Positions 10,304 to 19,009 of a stretch of DNA of 64,000 nucleotides are shown in pieces (the first letter of the stretch is position 1; each line of letters begins with the position of its first letter). The notes below the pieces were generated by a model that searched no databases, was not told where the DNA came from, and worked only from the letters and a program-made list of their open reading frames with translations. This DNA comes from Spirochaetia bacterium. GTDB taxonomy: Bacteria > Spirochaetota > Spirochaetia > SZUA-6 > Bin103. The translations under genes were made by a program, and so were the position numbers. Location: assembly GCA_965208575.1 (NCBI GenBank), contig CBDBOV010000006.1, positions 1,216,001 to 1,280,000 on the forward strand. Reading direction: 5' to 3'.

Positions 10304-11653
10304 CTAAGAAAAACACTCAGTGGTCTCATCGGCTTTCCTCCCGAGCCTGAAAAAGTAGTCCCCATAAGGGTGGTCCTGGTTCTCTGTCCACGTCGCCGTA
10401 TCGTCATCGTACGTAAGCTCCCTCCCAGCGGGAGACAAGATTATTTCGTCGGGGTTGCCCGTTGGTGCGTATGCGTAGCGCAATACGTGGCCTTCATATT
10501 GAGCCGAATCGAAGTCCTCATCGGCTGATCCGTCGATTGTTTGCGCGGCTTGTTGTCCGGTTACGAACACGAAGCCGCCTTCGTCGTCGTACCGGGCGCT
10601 TCCTGTGAAGTAGAACGTGTCGCGCCTGGGCGTGCTCATGCGGTAGTCGTCGGTGAATGATGATTCACCGAACGTGAATATCCAATTGGCATGGAATTCT
10701 TCGCCATCCCTGGTCCAAGTGTCCCCACACGTCCACGAGCCCAAAACGCCACCCGGTAACGGATCCTGCACGCGCATGAAGACGTCGAGTTCATCGAGCG
10801 GATCGTCGGCCCACCACGGATTGATAGCAAGCAGGTCGCCGACGATCACGTATCGCTTTTCGACGGAGTGTTCCTGACCGTCTTCGAAGACTTTCTTGGT
10901 GACGCTGGTCGCGTTGTCGGTCCAACCTCCCTGGTCCGGCCATGTTCGTACCACTTCGCCGTTATCGGTACTGAATCGCACCGTGTCCACGATGAACCGA
11001 TTGCCAGTGAACGTGACCGTCCGTACCTGCTCTATCCAGCCGTCTTCGTCATCTTCCCAAGCCGCGTACCTTTGCCACGTACCCCTCAGAGTGGACGGCT
11101 GACCTGTCGCCGCCGGTGCGTCTGCCACGCGGACGAAGCGGTCGAAGCCATCCACCGGTCCGTCATCTCCCCAGTGATGGATCAGCAGTACGGCGCCGTC
11201 ACCGGCCAGGACGTACTCCTTTTCGACAGAAACCATTCCGTCGTCGTCGACGAAGGTCTTCGTGACACTATTGCCGGTGTGACTGGCCGTACCCGCCCGG
11301 TCATACTTGTCGCGTGTGCGGCCATCTGCATCCTGTACATGGTTTCGTTCAAAGAAGTGAGTTTCGGTAATCGTGAGCGTGGTGGTCTCTTTTTCATCGA
11401 CCGCGCCGTCATCGTCGCGGCCGTAGGAGACCGTCTCCCACGTCCCCAATAACGTCGGCGGCGGTTCTGCAGGCGGCGTTTCGGCGGGAGGCGCTGTCGT
11501 CGGTCGCGGGGGTGCGGCCGAATCGCACGCGACCAGGAACGCGGTCAGCACCGCAGACAGGGCGACGCTGACCACACGCCTCGCCCGCACCCGCGGCAAC
11601 CGCAGGTTGGTTGAGATTACGCTCAGGGCGACGGCTAGTTGGGGCCTGTCCAT
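10304..11653 (-). CDS. Lipoprotein with three tandem lipocalin-like domains, paralog of 9043-10284
   Basis: GAGGAG before ATG 11653; lipobox FLVAC; repeats LLGTW, LRGTW, VLGSW; collinear similarity with neighbour. Confidence 0.78.
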   Translation of the reverse strand: MDRPQLAVALSVISTNLRLPRVRARRVVSVALSAVLTAFLVACDSAAPPRPTTAPPAETPPAEPPPTLLGTWETVSYGRDDDGAVDEKETTTLTITETHFFERNHVQDADGRTRDKYDRAGTASHTGNSVTKTFVDDDGMVSVEKEYVLAGDGAVLLIHHWGDDGPVDGFDRFVRVADAPAATGQPSTLRGTWQRYAAWEDDEDGWIEQVRTVTFTGNRFIVDTVRFSTDNGEVVRTWPDQGGWTDNATSVTKKVFEDGQEHSVEKRYVIVGDLLAINPWWADDPLDELDVFMRVQDPLPGGVLGSWTCGDTWTRDGEEFHANWIFTFGESSFTDDYRMSTPRRDTFYFTGSARYDDEGGFVFVTGQQAAQTIDGSADEDFDSAQYEGHVLRYAYAPTGNPDEIILSPAGRELTYDDDTATWTENQDHPYGDYFFRLGRKADETTECFS

Positions 11654-11761
11654 AAGACACACTCCTCATCTGGTGTATTGGTGATGGTCGCCGCGGTTGT
11701 TACACGTCGGTAGCTGTTGCCCGGGACGCCAACGTCGACCCGGCCAAGGTGCCGGGCCGTT

Positions 11762-11905
11762 AGCGAAAGTCCTGTCCCTACCGAGTGTAGATGGGTCTCC
11801 CTCGGTCTATTCGCCCTGGTCGAGGTAGCTACTCCTCGACCGTCCGGGCTGTTGTATTCAACCGAGTAGCCCGGCCTGAGCCGGGTAGGGACTCGAACTT
11901 TCGCT
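11762..11905 (-). ncRNA. Candidate structured RNA in leader of lipoprotein operon (family not recognised)
   Basis: Nested perfect helices AGCGAAAGT/ACTTTCGCT, GTCCCTACC/GGTAGGGAC, CCGGGCT/AGCCCGG, GGTCGAGG/CCTCGACC, CCGAG/CTCGG; strand inferred from downstream gene. Confidence 0.5.
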
Positions 11906-12142
11906 TGACGAAATGGTTACACGTTGTCGGAGAGATAGTCAACCCCACCGTCGTCCATGGCCTTGATCCGGACTTGCTTGTCTTATACAATCTATTAGTA
12001 TATAATACTTTACTTTGATCTCCGACCCTCTCCGTGACGACGTGAGAACGATTGGCGCACGAGTACCAACTCGTGGCGGACGGACATCTTTATGCAATAG
12101 GGCGTTAATATATGATAGGATTACACTTGGCGGAGGCGGCCC

Positions 12143-13050
12143 GCAGCAGGAATGTTGCTGGGCCCGGCAGGCGGTGCTATCTTGTCGGAGGCGGAGCGCA
12201 CCCGATGGCGGATCACAACGGACACAACAGACCGGCTGACTCCGAGGAAGTGTGGGCTATTCTGCGCGAACTCGCACGGAGCCAGCAGGAGACCGATCGC
12301 CGCATGCAGGAAACTGACCGCCAGATGCAGGAAACCGACCGCCGCATGCAGGAAACCGACCGCCAGATGCAGGAAACCGACCGCCGCATGCAGGAAACCG
12401 ACCGCCAGATGAAGGAGACCGGCCGCCATCTCCGCAAGCTCGACGATCTGTTCAACGGGCAGTGGGGCAAGCTGATGGAAGCCTTGGTGGAAGGCGACCT
12501 CGTCGAGTTGCTCAACCAGCGCGGTATCAGGGTCGAGCACACCGCAACCAATCTCAAGAGGGAACGCGGTGCGCGCCGCTGGGAAATCGACATTCTGGCC
12601 GTCAACGGTGACGAGGTCGTGGTGGTGGAAGTGAAGACCACCCTCAAGGTGCGCCACGTCGATCACCTGGTGGGTCTGTTGCGCGATCTTCCGGAGTTGA
12701 TGCCCGAGTATCGAACCAAGCAGATCTATGGAGCGGTCGCCTATCTCAAGGCCGATGAATCCTCAGGATCCTACGCCGAACGACAGGGGCTGTACGTGAT
12801 TCGCGCCACCGGCAGCAGCGCCAGCATCATCAACCGGCAAGGTTTCCGGCCACGCAAGTTCGGCCGTCACGCCGCCACCGCAGGCCGGCACGAGTAACAC
12901 TTCCGTCGCACTCCCGTCGTAGCGTGGCCGCTGGACCCGCCGGGCCGAACCCAACTCGGGCAGGCGGCATTCGACGCGGCGGCAAACAACTCTGCGACGG
13001 CCCGCGCTTCCAGCGACGAGGTCAGATGCGGCCGGTGCGGCGCAGCAGGG
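12143..13050 (+). repeat. Direct repeat copy 2
   Basis: Matches 8159-9005; extends into the stop-codon end of the dioxygenase gene. Confidence 0.92.
12205..12897 (+). CDS. Coiled-coil heptad-repeat PD-(D/E)xK nuclease-like protein, copy 2, 7 heptads
   Basis: Near-identical to 8223-8852; 21-bp tandem array at 12286-12432. Confidence 0.85.
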   Translation: MADHNGHNRPADSEEVWAILRELARSQQETDRRMQETDRQMQETDRRMQETDRQMQETDRRMQETDRQMKETGRHLRKLDDLFNGQWGKLMEALVEGDLVELLNQRGIRVEHTATNLKRERGARRWEIDILAVNGDEVVVVEVKTTLKVRHVDHLVGLLRDLPELMPEYRTKQIYGAVAYLKADESSGSYAERQGLYVIRATGSSASIINRQGFRPRKFGRHAATAGRHE

Positions 13051-14146
13051 CGAGGTGGTTGCGGACGTTGTCGTGCTCGAAGTAGGCGTCCTGCAGGTGG
13101 CGCCGTCCACCGGAGCCCAGCGCGGTGCGTCCGTGCAGCACGCGGTGCGCGGCGATCAGCAGCACCTGCCCGGCCCCCAGGCGGAGAGAGACCTGTGAGT
13201 CGGCCGCGTTCACGCGCGTGGACAGCTCGTGGTAGGCGGCGTAGAAGGCGCCCAGGCGGTGCTCGGCAAGGGGGACGGTCTTCATCTGCTGGGTGTTGAA
13301 GCGCAACAGCCTGACGTTGCCTTCGCCGTCGAGTTCGACCATCGGATTGACCGCGTAGCTCTCGTCGTGCTCGCTGGCCAGGCGGAACGGCACCGGCACC
13401 GTGCACAGCACGTCGAACAGGCCGGGATGTTCGCGGCGCAAGTCTTCGAGCACCCGGAAGCCGTCCACGATCGAGGACTCGCCGCCGTCGCAGTCGTTGG
13501 CCAGCATGTGCAGCACCTGCACGCTCGGCGGCCAACTGTAGCTGGTGAAGTCGTTGTGCGGCGCGATCGCCAGGTCGGTGTGCGCGATGCTGTATCCCTT
13601 CGGATCTACCACGACGTTGTGGATGCGATCGAACACCACCTCGCGCAGCGGGCCCAGACGGGCGGTGAGCTGCTCGGAAGAGTCGGGTTCGGTGGGCGCG
13701 TCCACGAGCACGCACGCCCCGGTCGCCAGGAACTCCTCGATCAGGTCGGCGGCCGTGCGGTCGTCGCCGAGGAACCGGCTGAAGTCGTACCTGCGCGGCT
13801 GGAAGCTGGAATCCCAATGCTGGACGTGGTCGCGCGTCCGGTGAGGCTGACCGGCCAATCGGCGAAGCTCCCCCGATCCATACCGGGTACGGTGGCCGTC
13901 GGGCCACACGATCGCCAGCGCCTCGTCGTCGCGGCCGCGACACTCGATGGTCACCTGCCGCGGACGAATCTCCCGGGCGACCCGGAAGATGTGGAACCGC
14001 TTCTCCGTGGTCTGCACGACACGGCATTCGCTGCAACCGCAATTGTCGCGCAACCAGAGGTAGGGAAGGCTGGTCTCCTCCCCGCCCCGCCAAACCGCCG
14101 CCATGGCGTCGCCGTTCTCGACGACCCTGCTGATGGAGTGCTCCAT
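13022..14146 (-). CDS. Gamma-butyrobetaine-dioxygenase-like Fe(II)/2OG oxygenase (TauD fold with N-terminal Zn domain)
   Basis: WLRDNCGCSEC, WPDGHRT, HxD motif PHNDF, distal RVLHGR, RHLQDAY. Confidence 0.9.
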   Translation of the reverse strand: MEHSISRVVENGDAMAAVWRGGEETSLPYLWLRDNCGCSECRVVQTTEKRFHIFRVAREIRPRQVTIECRGRDDEALAIVWPDGHRTRYGSGELRRLAGQPHRTRDHVQHWDSSFQPRRYDFSRFLGDDRTAADLIEEFLATGACVLVDAPTEPDSSEQLTARLGPLREVVFDRIHNVVVDPKGYSIAHTDLAIAPHNDFTSYSWPPSVQVLHMLANDCDGGESSIVDGFRVLEDLRREHPGLFDVLCTVPVPFRLASEHDESYAVNPMVELDGEGNVRLLRFNTQQMKTVPLAEHRLGAFYAAYHELSTRVNAADSQVSLRLGAGQVLLIAAHRVLHGRTALGSGGRRHLQDAYFEHDNVRNHLALLRRTGRI

Positions 14147-14401
14147 GTTCGATCACCTCAACCCGTCGCGACCGATCTGGGGCCGTGCGGCCCCGGCGAT
14201 GTGAAGCAAGAATGCAGAATGGGAATCTGGCTCTCCAAATGACGTGTGACGCCCTGCCTTGTCAAGAGTTTTCCGCGCTGTTTTTCAACTATTTTTCTGG
14301 ACCGCCGAAGGTGCGTCCGCCGGCATCCCTCGCGACCGGCGGGAGGCCGTATTGACCCGCCGCGCGATCCCGCGTACATACCATCGCAGGGGGCAGGTTG
14401 C

Positions 14402-14998
14402 ATGCATGGAACCGGAACAGCACGCGCCGCCACGGTGAGCTTCACCGCCATGGCAGACGGCACCCGCGAGGACTACGAACTGCTGGCGCGGTTCGAGGAA
14501 GAATACGCCGCCGGGCTCGCCGACCGCGTGCTGGCACAGTTGCGCGCGCTGGCCGGCTCGCTGGCCGGCTACCAAGTGGACCGCCTGGAGCACTCGCTGC
14601 AGACTGCGACGCGCGCGCACCGCGACGGCGCCGACGAGGAGATGGTGGTGGCCGCGCTGCTGCACGACATCGACGACCTGCTCGCCCCGCACTGCCACGG
14701 CGAGCTGTCCGCCCTCATCCTGCGCCCGTACGTAACCGAGAAGACGTACTGGATCGTGCGCCACCACGGGCTGTTCCAACTCGTCTACTACGCCCACCAC
14801 CATGGCCGCGACCGCAACGCGCGCGACCAGTACCGCGGCCATCCGTGGTATCAGGACGCGGTGGACTTCTGCCACCGCTGGGACCAGGCGGCCTTCGACC
14901 CCGACTACGAGTCGCTGCCGCTGGAATTCTTCGAACCGATGGTGCGCCGGCTGTTCGCGCGCGAGCCGTTCAGCCTGGCGCCGAGGGGGCATTCATGA
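14402..14998 (+). CDS. HD-domain protein of the PhnZ/TmpB-like type
   Basis: LEHSLQ, ALLHDI, further His (HCHG, RHHG) and WDQ; ATGA overlap with next gene; start uncertain. Confidence 0.82.
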   Translation: MHGTGTARAATVSFTAMADGTREDYELLARFEEEYAAGLADRVLAQLRALAGSLAGYQVDRLEHSLQTATRAHRDGADEEMVVAALLHDIDDLLAPHCHGELSALILRPYVTEKTYWIVRHHGLFQLVYYAHHHGRDRNARDQYRGHPWYQDAVDFCHRWDQAAFDPDYESLPLEFFEPMVRRLFAREPFSLAPRGHS

Positions 14999-16299
14999 CC
15001 GGCCAACCGCAAAGCGTCGACCAGTCCGACCGCATCGTTCCGATCAACCTGCGCCAGAGCGGACGCACGCCCACCGAGCTGTTGATCTCCAACCGCGTGC
15101 GCAAGTCGCCGTACTGGCACCTGTCGCACGAGGCGGGCTGCTGGCGCGCCACCGTGTACAACCGCATCTACCATCCGCGCGGCTACGTGCGCCCGGAGGA
15201 TGGCGGCGCGTCCGCCGAGCACGAGGCGCTGACCCACCACGTGACCATGTGGAACGTGGCGGTGGAGCGGCAGATCCGCGTGCAGGGCCCGGACGCGGAG
15301 CGGTTCGTGGACTACGTGATTACCCGCGACGCCACCCGCATCAAGCCGATGCACGGCAAGTACGTGATCCTGTGCAACGAGCGCGGCGGCATCCTCAACG
15401 ACCCGGTGCTGCTGCGCCTGTCCGAGGACGAGTTCTGGTTCTCGCTCGCCGACTCCGACCTGCTGTACTGGCTGCAGGGCGTCAACGTCGGCGCGCGCAT
15501 GGACGTACGGATCGACGAGATCGACGCGTGCCCGGTGCAGATTCAGGGCCCCAGGTCGGAGGCGCTGATGGCCGACCTCGTGGGCGCGGGCATCCGCGAC
15601 ATCCCCTACTACGGCATCATGGAGGCCGAGGTGGGCGGTTGCCCGGTAGTGATCTCGCAGTCGGGGTTCTCGGGCGAGAAGGGCTACGAGATCTACCTGC
15701 GCGACGCCACGCTGCACGCCGAGGCGATGTGGAACGCGGTGCTGGAGGCGGGCAAGGCGCACCAGCTCTCGGTGATCGCGCCCGGCCACCAGCGCCGCAT
15801 CCAGGCCGGCATCATGTCGTGGGGTCAGGACATCGACCACGAGACGCTGCCGTTCCAGTGCAACCTGGCCTACCAGGTGCCGCGCCGCAAGCAGGGCGAC
15901 TACATCGGCAAGGCGGCGCTGGAGCGGGTCCGCGAGCAGGTCGACGCCGGCAACCCGCCGTTCAAGATGATGCTGGTGGGCATGACCCTCGGCGGCAAGC
16001 CGATCGACGACTACGCCCCCGACTTCTGGCTGGTGTCGGACGCCGCCGGCGGCGACCCGGTCGGCTACCTCACCTCGCCGTGGCACGCGCCGGAACTGGA
16101 CACCAACATCGCGCTCGGCTACGTGCCGGTGGGCATGTCCGCGGTCGGCACCGAGCTGACCGTGCGCCTGCCGGACGAGTACGCCACCGAGCCGGGCAAG
16201 CCGGTGCCGGCGTGCGTGTGCGAGGTGCCGTTTCGCCCCTCGGTCAACCCCAGCGCCCGCGAGCTGGCCCACTCCCGCGGCGAAGACGCCACCCGGTAG
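14995..16299 (+). CDS. GcvT/DmdA-like folate-dependent aminomethyltransferase/demethylase
   Basis: MWNVAVERQI, GGILNDPVLLRL, SQSGFSGEKGYEIY, NIALGYV. Confidence 0.88.
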   Translation: MTGQPQSVDQSDRIVPINLRQSGRTPTELLISNRVRKSPYWHLSHEAGCWRATVYNRIYHPRGYVRPEDGGASAEHEALTHHVTMWNVAVERQIRVQGPDAERFVDYVITRDATRIKPMHGKYVILCNERGGILNDPVLLRLSEDEFWFSLADSDLLYWLQGVNVGARMDVRIDEIDACPVQIQGPRSEALMADLVGAGIRDIPYYGIMEAEVGGCPVVISQSGFSGEKGYEIYLRDATLHAEAMWNAVLEAGKAHQLSVIAPGHQRRIQAGIMSWGQDIDHETLPFQCNLAYQVPRRKQGDYIGKAALERVREQVDAGNPPFKMMLVGMTLGGKPIDDYAPDFWLVSDAAGGDPVGYLTSPWHAPELDTNIALGYVPVGMSAVGTELTVRLPDEYATEPGKPVPACVCEVPFRPSVNPSARELAHSRGEDATR

Positions 16300-16323
16300 G
16301 CCGGCGCAACGCGCACAGGTGCT

Positions 16324-16420
16324 CGGCGTGCAGCCCAACGTCGTCTATATCGACTGCCACGATCTGGGCGACTGGCTCGCCTGCTACGGGTATCCGTGGC
16401 CAGACACGCCGCACCTTGAC
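16324..16420 (+). pseudogene. Stranded diverged duplicate of the first ~31 codons of the downstream sulfatase
   Basis: VQPNVVYIDCHDLGDWLACYGYPWPDTPHLD aligns with 17255 onward; differences mostly synonymous. Confidence 0.85.
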
Positions 16421-16523
16421 ATCTTCGGCCAATTTGCTCTATTGACTTTGGGAGTTGGAGGGAGTCCGATGGAGCGTCTCCTTTACTCGGCGTTTCCGAG
16501 ACACAACCTCTCGCGAATTGGCA

Positions 16524-16907
16524 ATGCTGCAAGAGATAGGCCAAATACTGTCCCAGTCGTTCGGAAAACTCCGCATCAAGAGTGCGCTCAACCCCATCCT
16601 ATGGCTTTGCGGAATTGTCGTGATACCAAGTATATGGATGGCCAGCCGACAGGAAGGTGGACTTCCGGTGTGGCTGATTGTCCTGATTTTCCTGCCGGTT
16701 TCTGTCGCTGTGTTGGGTTTCCTCGTCTTGCTCTTCTTTGACAGGGACAAGCTACAATCCGAAGACTACCAGATACGGAAGCAATCACTGGAATTGATTC
16801 AGGAGAAAGGAGATCCGGTCCCCGTTCGGGCTACCTCAATCGACGCGATTACCAACCCAGGGCGACCGAGACTCGACAACAAGGACGAAAGAGGATCAGC
16901 ACCATGA
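16524..16907 (+). CDS. Hypothetical two-TM membrane protein (lower GC)
   Basis: Two hydrophobic segments then DRDKLQSEDYQIRKQSLELIQEKG; ATGA overlap with next gene; start uncertain. Confidence 0.7.
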   Translation: MLQEIGQILSQSFGKLRIKSALNPILWLCGIVVIPSIWMASRQEGGLPVWLIVLIFLPVSVAVLGFLVLLFFDRDKLQSEDYQIRKQSLELIQEKGDPVPVRATSIDAITNPGRPRLDNKDERGSAP

Positions 16908-17185
16908 AGCGGACATACCTTCTGATCTACAGCGACAGATTGGGAACGCGGGAAGAGATCAAGGAGTTCCTCGACGGAAGATCTGAGATTCTGTATTGGC
17001 GCTACGACCTTCCTCATGCATTCTACTTGGTTTCGAACCTCTCCGCAGAAGATCTATACGAGATTGTTCAGAGATACAATCAGGAACGCGGTCTCTTTCT
17101 CATCAGCGAAGTTGGCGAAAATACGCAAGGCTGGCTTCCGAAAAAGACATGGGTGCTGTTGAACGCCGAGTACGCTCGGCAGTAG
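16904..17185 (+). CDS. Small hypothetical protein, possibly Cas2/VapD-like ferredoxin fold
   Basis: GAGGA RBS; TYLLIYS N-terminal strand and C-terminal QGWLPKKTW pattern; fold assignment from memory of the family. Confidence 0.65.
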   Translation: MKRTYLLIYSDRLGTREEIKEFLDGRSEILYWRYDLPHAFYLVSNLSAEDLYEIVQRYNQERGLFLISEVGENTQGWLPKKTWVLLNAEYARQ

Positions 17186-17254
17186 TGTGTCGCAGTCTCT
17201 CCACCGTGCGTTAGCGCACGTCGCCGATGCGACGGCTTAGGTATTGGATTCGGC

Positions 17255-18748
17255 GTGCAACCCAACGTCGTCTACATCGATTGCCACGACCTGGGGGACT
17301 GGCTGGGCTGCTACGGGCGCCCGTGGCTGGACACGCCTCACCTCGACGCGCTGGCGGCGCAGGGAGCGCGGTTCGCGGAGCACATCGCGGCGGCGCCGAT
17401 CTGCATGCCGAGCCGGACCGCCATCTATACCGGGCTGATGCCGCACGAACTCGGGGTAACCGGGCAGGAGTCGCTGCTGCTGGGCGAAGGGGCGCGCCCG
17501 CTGGCGGCCCGGTTCCGAGACGCCGGCTACCGCACGGCGCTGTGCGGGCGGCTGATGGTGCTCAACGACGCGCGGGAGATGGGCTTCACCGAGCAGCTTG
17601 AAGCCGGACGCGACGAGCAGGCCGCCGCCGCGGTGGCGTTCCTGGCAGCCCAGGGCTCCGCGCGGGAAGACGGCGCAGGCGGCGCCCCGTTTCTGCTGTC
17701 GGTGTCCTTTACCGAGTGTCACCGCCCGTTCGGCGACCGCTACGACGCGGAGGTGCCCGACCGCGTGGAGGTGCCGCCCTACCTGCCCGACACCGGCGCC
17801 ACGCGCCGCGACTTGGCCACCCTGGCGTGGCAGATTCGCGGCCTGGACCGGCGCGTTGGCCAGGTCCTGGCCGCCCTTGAACGCGCCGGCCTGGCCAACG
17901 ATACCCTGGTGGTGTTCACCACCGAGCACGGCCCGGCGATCGCGCGCGCCAAGCACACCACGTACGACTCCGGGCTGCGCACGGCCCTGCTGCTGCGCCT
18001 GCCGGGGGCGATCCCGGCCGGCACCGTCGTGGACACGATGACCAGCAACGTCGACCTGCTGCCCACGCTCGCCGATCTGTGCGGCCTGCCGGCGCCAGCA
18101 GCCGTGCACGCGTCGAGCGGGGCGCCACACCTCGCCGCCGGCCCCGGCGCCACCGCCGTGCCGCCCGCCACGCGCGTCGCAGGTGGATTATCTGGCCGCA
18201 CCACCAGCGACCATGCGGCGGCGACGCCGGGCGCGCGCGGCGTGAGTTGGGCCGCACGGGTCACCTCCGGCGATACCCGTGCAGCGCGCCCGTTCGCGTT
18301 CAGCGAGTTCAACTGGGGGCGGCGCAGCGGGGCGTGGTACTACACGCCGAGCCGGGTGATCCGCGGCCCGCGCTACAAGCTGATCCGCGGCTACCGGCGC
18401 ATCCCGATCTACGTGGACTCCGGCTGGCTGGCGCGCTACGCCGGCGACCGGCAGACGGTGGAGCGCTGGTATGCCGAGCCGCTGCCCGCCACCGGGTTGT
18501 TCGACCTGCAGGAGGATCCGTTCGAGCTGCGCAACCGCGCCGGCGACCCCGCCGTGGCCGACATCGAATCCGGCCTCAACCGGCACCTCGACGAGCACCT
18601 CCGCGCCACCGGCGACCCGATCCAGGCCGGGCCGGTGGCCAACCGCGCCGGTGAACCCGACGTGCCGCAGTGGCGCCGCCGGCCCGACGGCAGCTTCCGC
18701 CTGATCACCGACGACCCGGCCGACCCGGGCGAGGTCTCCTTCACCTGA
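17255..18748 (+). CDS. Formylglycine-dependent sulfatase
   Basis: PNVVYI..HDLG, CMPSRTAIYTG (CxPxR), NVDLLPTL, LFDLQEDPFELRN. Confidence 0.92.
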   Translation: MQPNVVYIDCHDLGDWLGCYGRPWLDTPHLDALAAQGARFAEHIAAAPICMPSRTAIYTGLMPHELGVTGQESLLLGEGARPLAARFRDAGYRTALCGRLMVLNDAREMGFTEQLEAGRDEQAAAAVAFLAAQGSAREDGAGGAPFLLSVSFTECHRPFGDRYDAEVPDRVEVPPYLPDTGATRRDLATLAWQIRGLDRRVGQVLAALERAGLANDTLVVFTTEHGPAIARAKHTTYDSGLRTALLLRLPGAIPAGTVVDTMTSNVDLLPTLADLCGLPAPAAVHASSGAPHLAAGPGATAVPPATRVAGGLSGRTTSDHAAATPGARGVSWAARVTSGDTRAARPFAFSEFNWGRRSGAWYYTPSRVIRGPRYKLIRGYRRIPIYVDSGWLARYAGDRQTVERWYAEPLPATGLFDLQEDPFELRNRAGDPAVADIESGLNRHLDEHLRATGDPIQAGPVANRAGEPDVPQWRRRPDGSFRLITDDPADPGEVSFT

Positions 18749-19009
18749 AGGCGGCGCCGGCGTCCGTGGATCTCGGCAAGGAGATCGCCGACGTCCGCAA
18801 GGAAAATCACCATCCAGACGCGGTTGCGCCCGCCCGCCGCCGTCCCGTGCCACCGCACGCGACGCACGACCGAGTGCGCCTTCGGAATGGCGCTTCGCCG
18901 GCGGAGTGGGGCGCCAACCGCTGTTCGGTATCGCGACAAGCGAAAATTGGCTGTCGCTCTTGCAGAAGAGTTGCCGGCCGCCGATGATCGGCGCGCAAGA
19001 GGGGACGCC

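Noticed and set aside
11762-11905. tRNA or known riboswitch
   Set aside because: Too long for a tRNA, no properly placed T-loop, D-loop or CCA, and no consensus I recognise; kept only as an unknown candidate RNA.
8159-13049. GCAGCAGG at both ends of each direct repeat as a target-site duplication
   Set aside because: Weak similarity continues past the right-hand motif, which lies inside a host gene end, and the 8-mer is common in GC-rich DNA.
14398-16299. 633-aa ORF as an HD-GcvT fusion
   Set aside because: The N-terminal third is an off-frame reading of the HD gene; the real genes overlap at ATGA 14995-14998.
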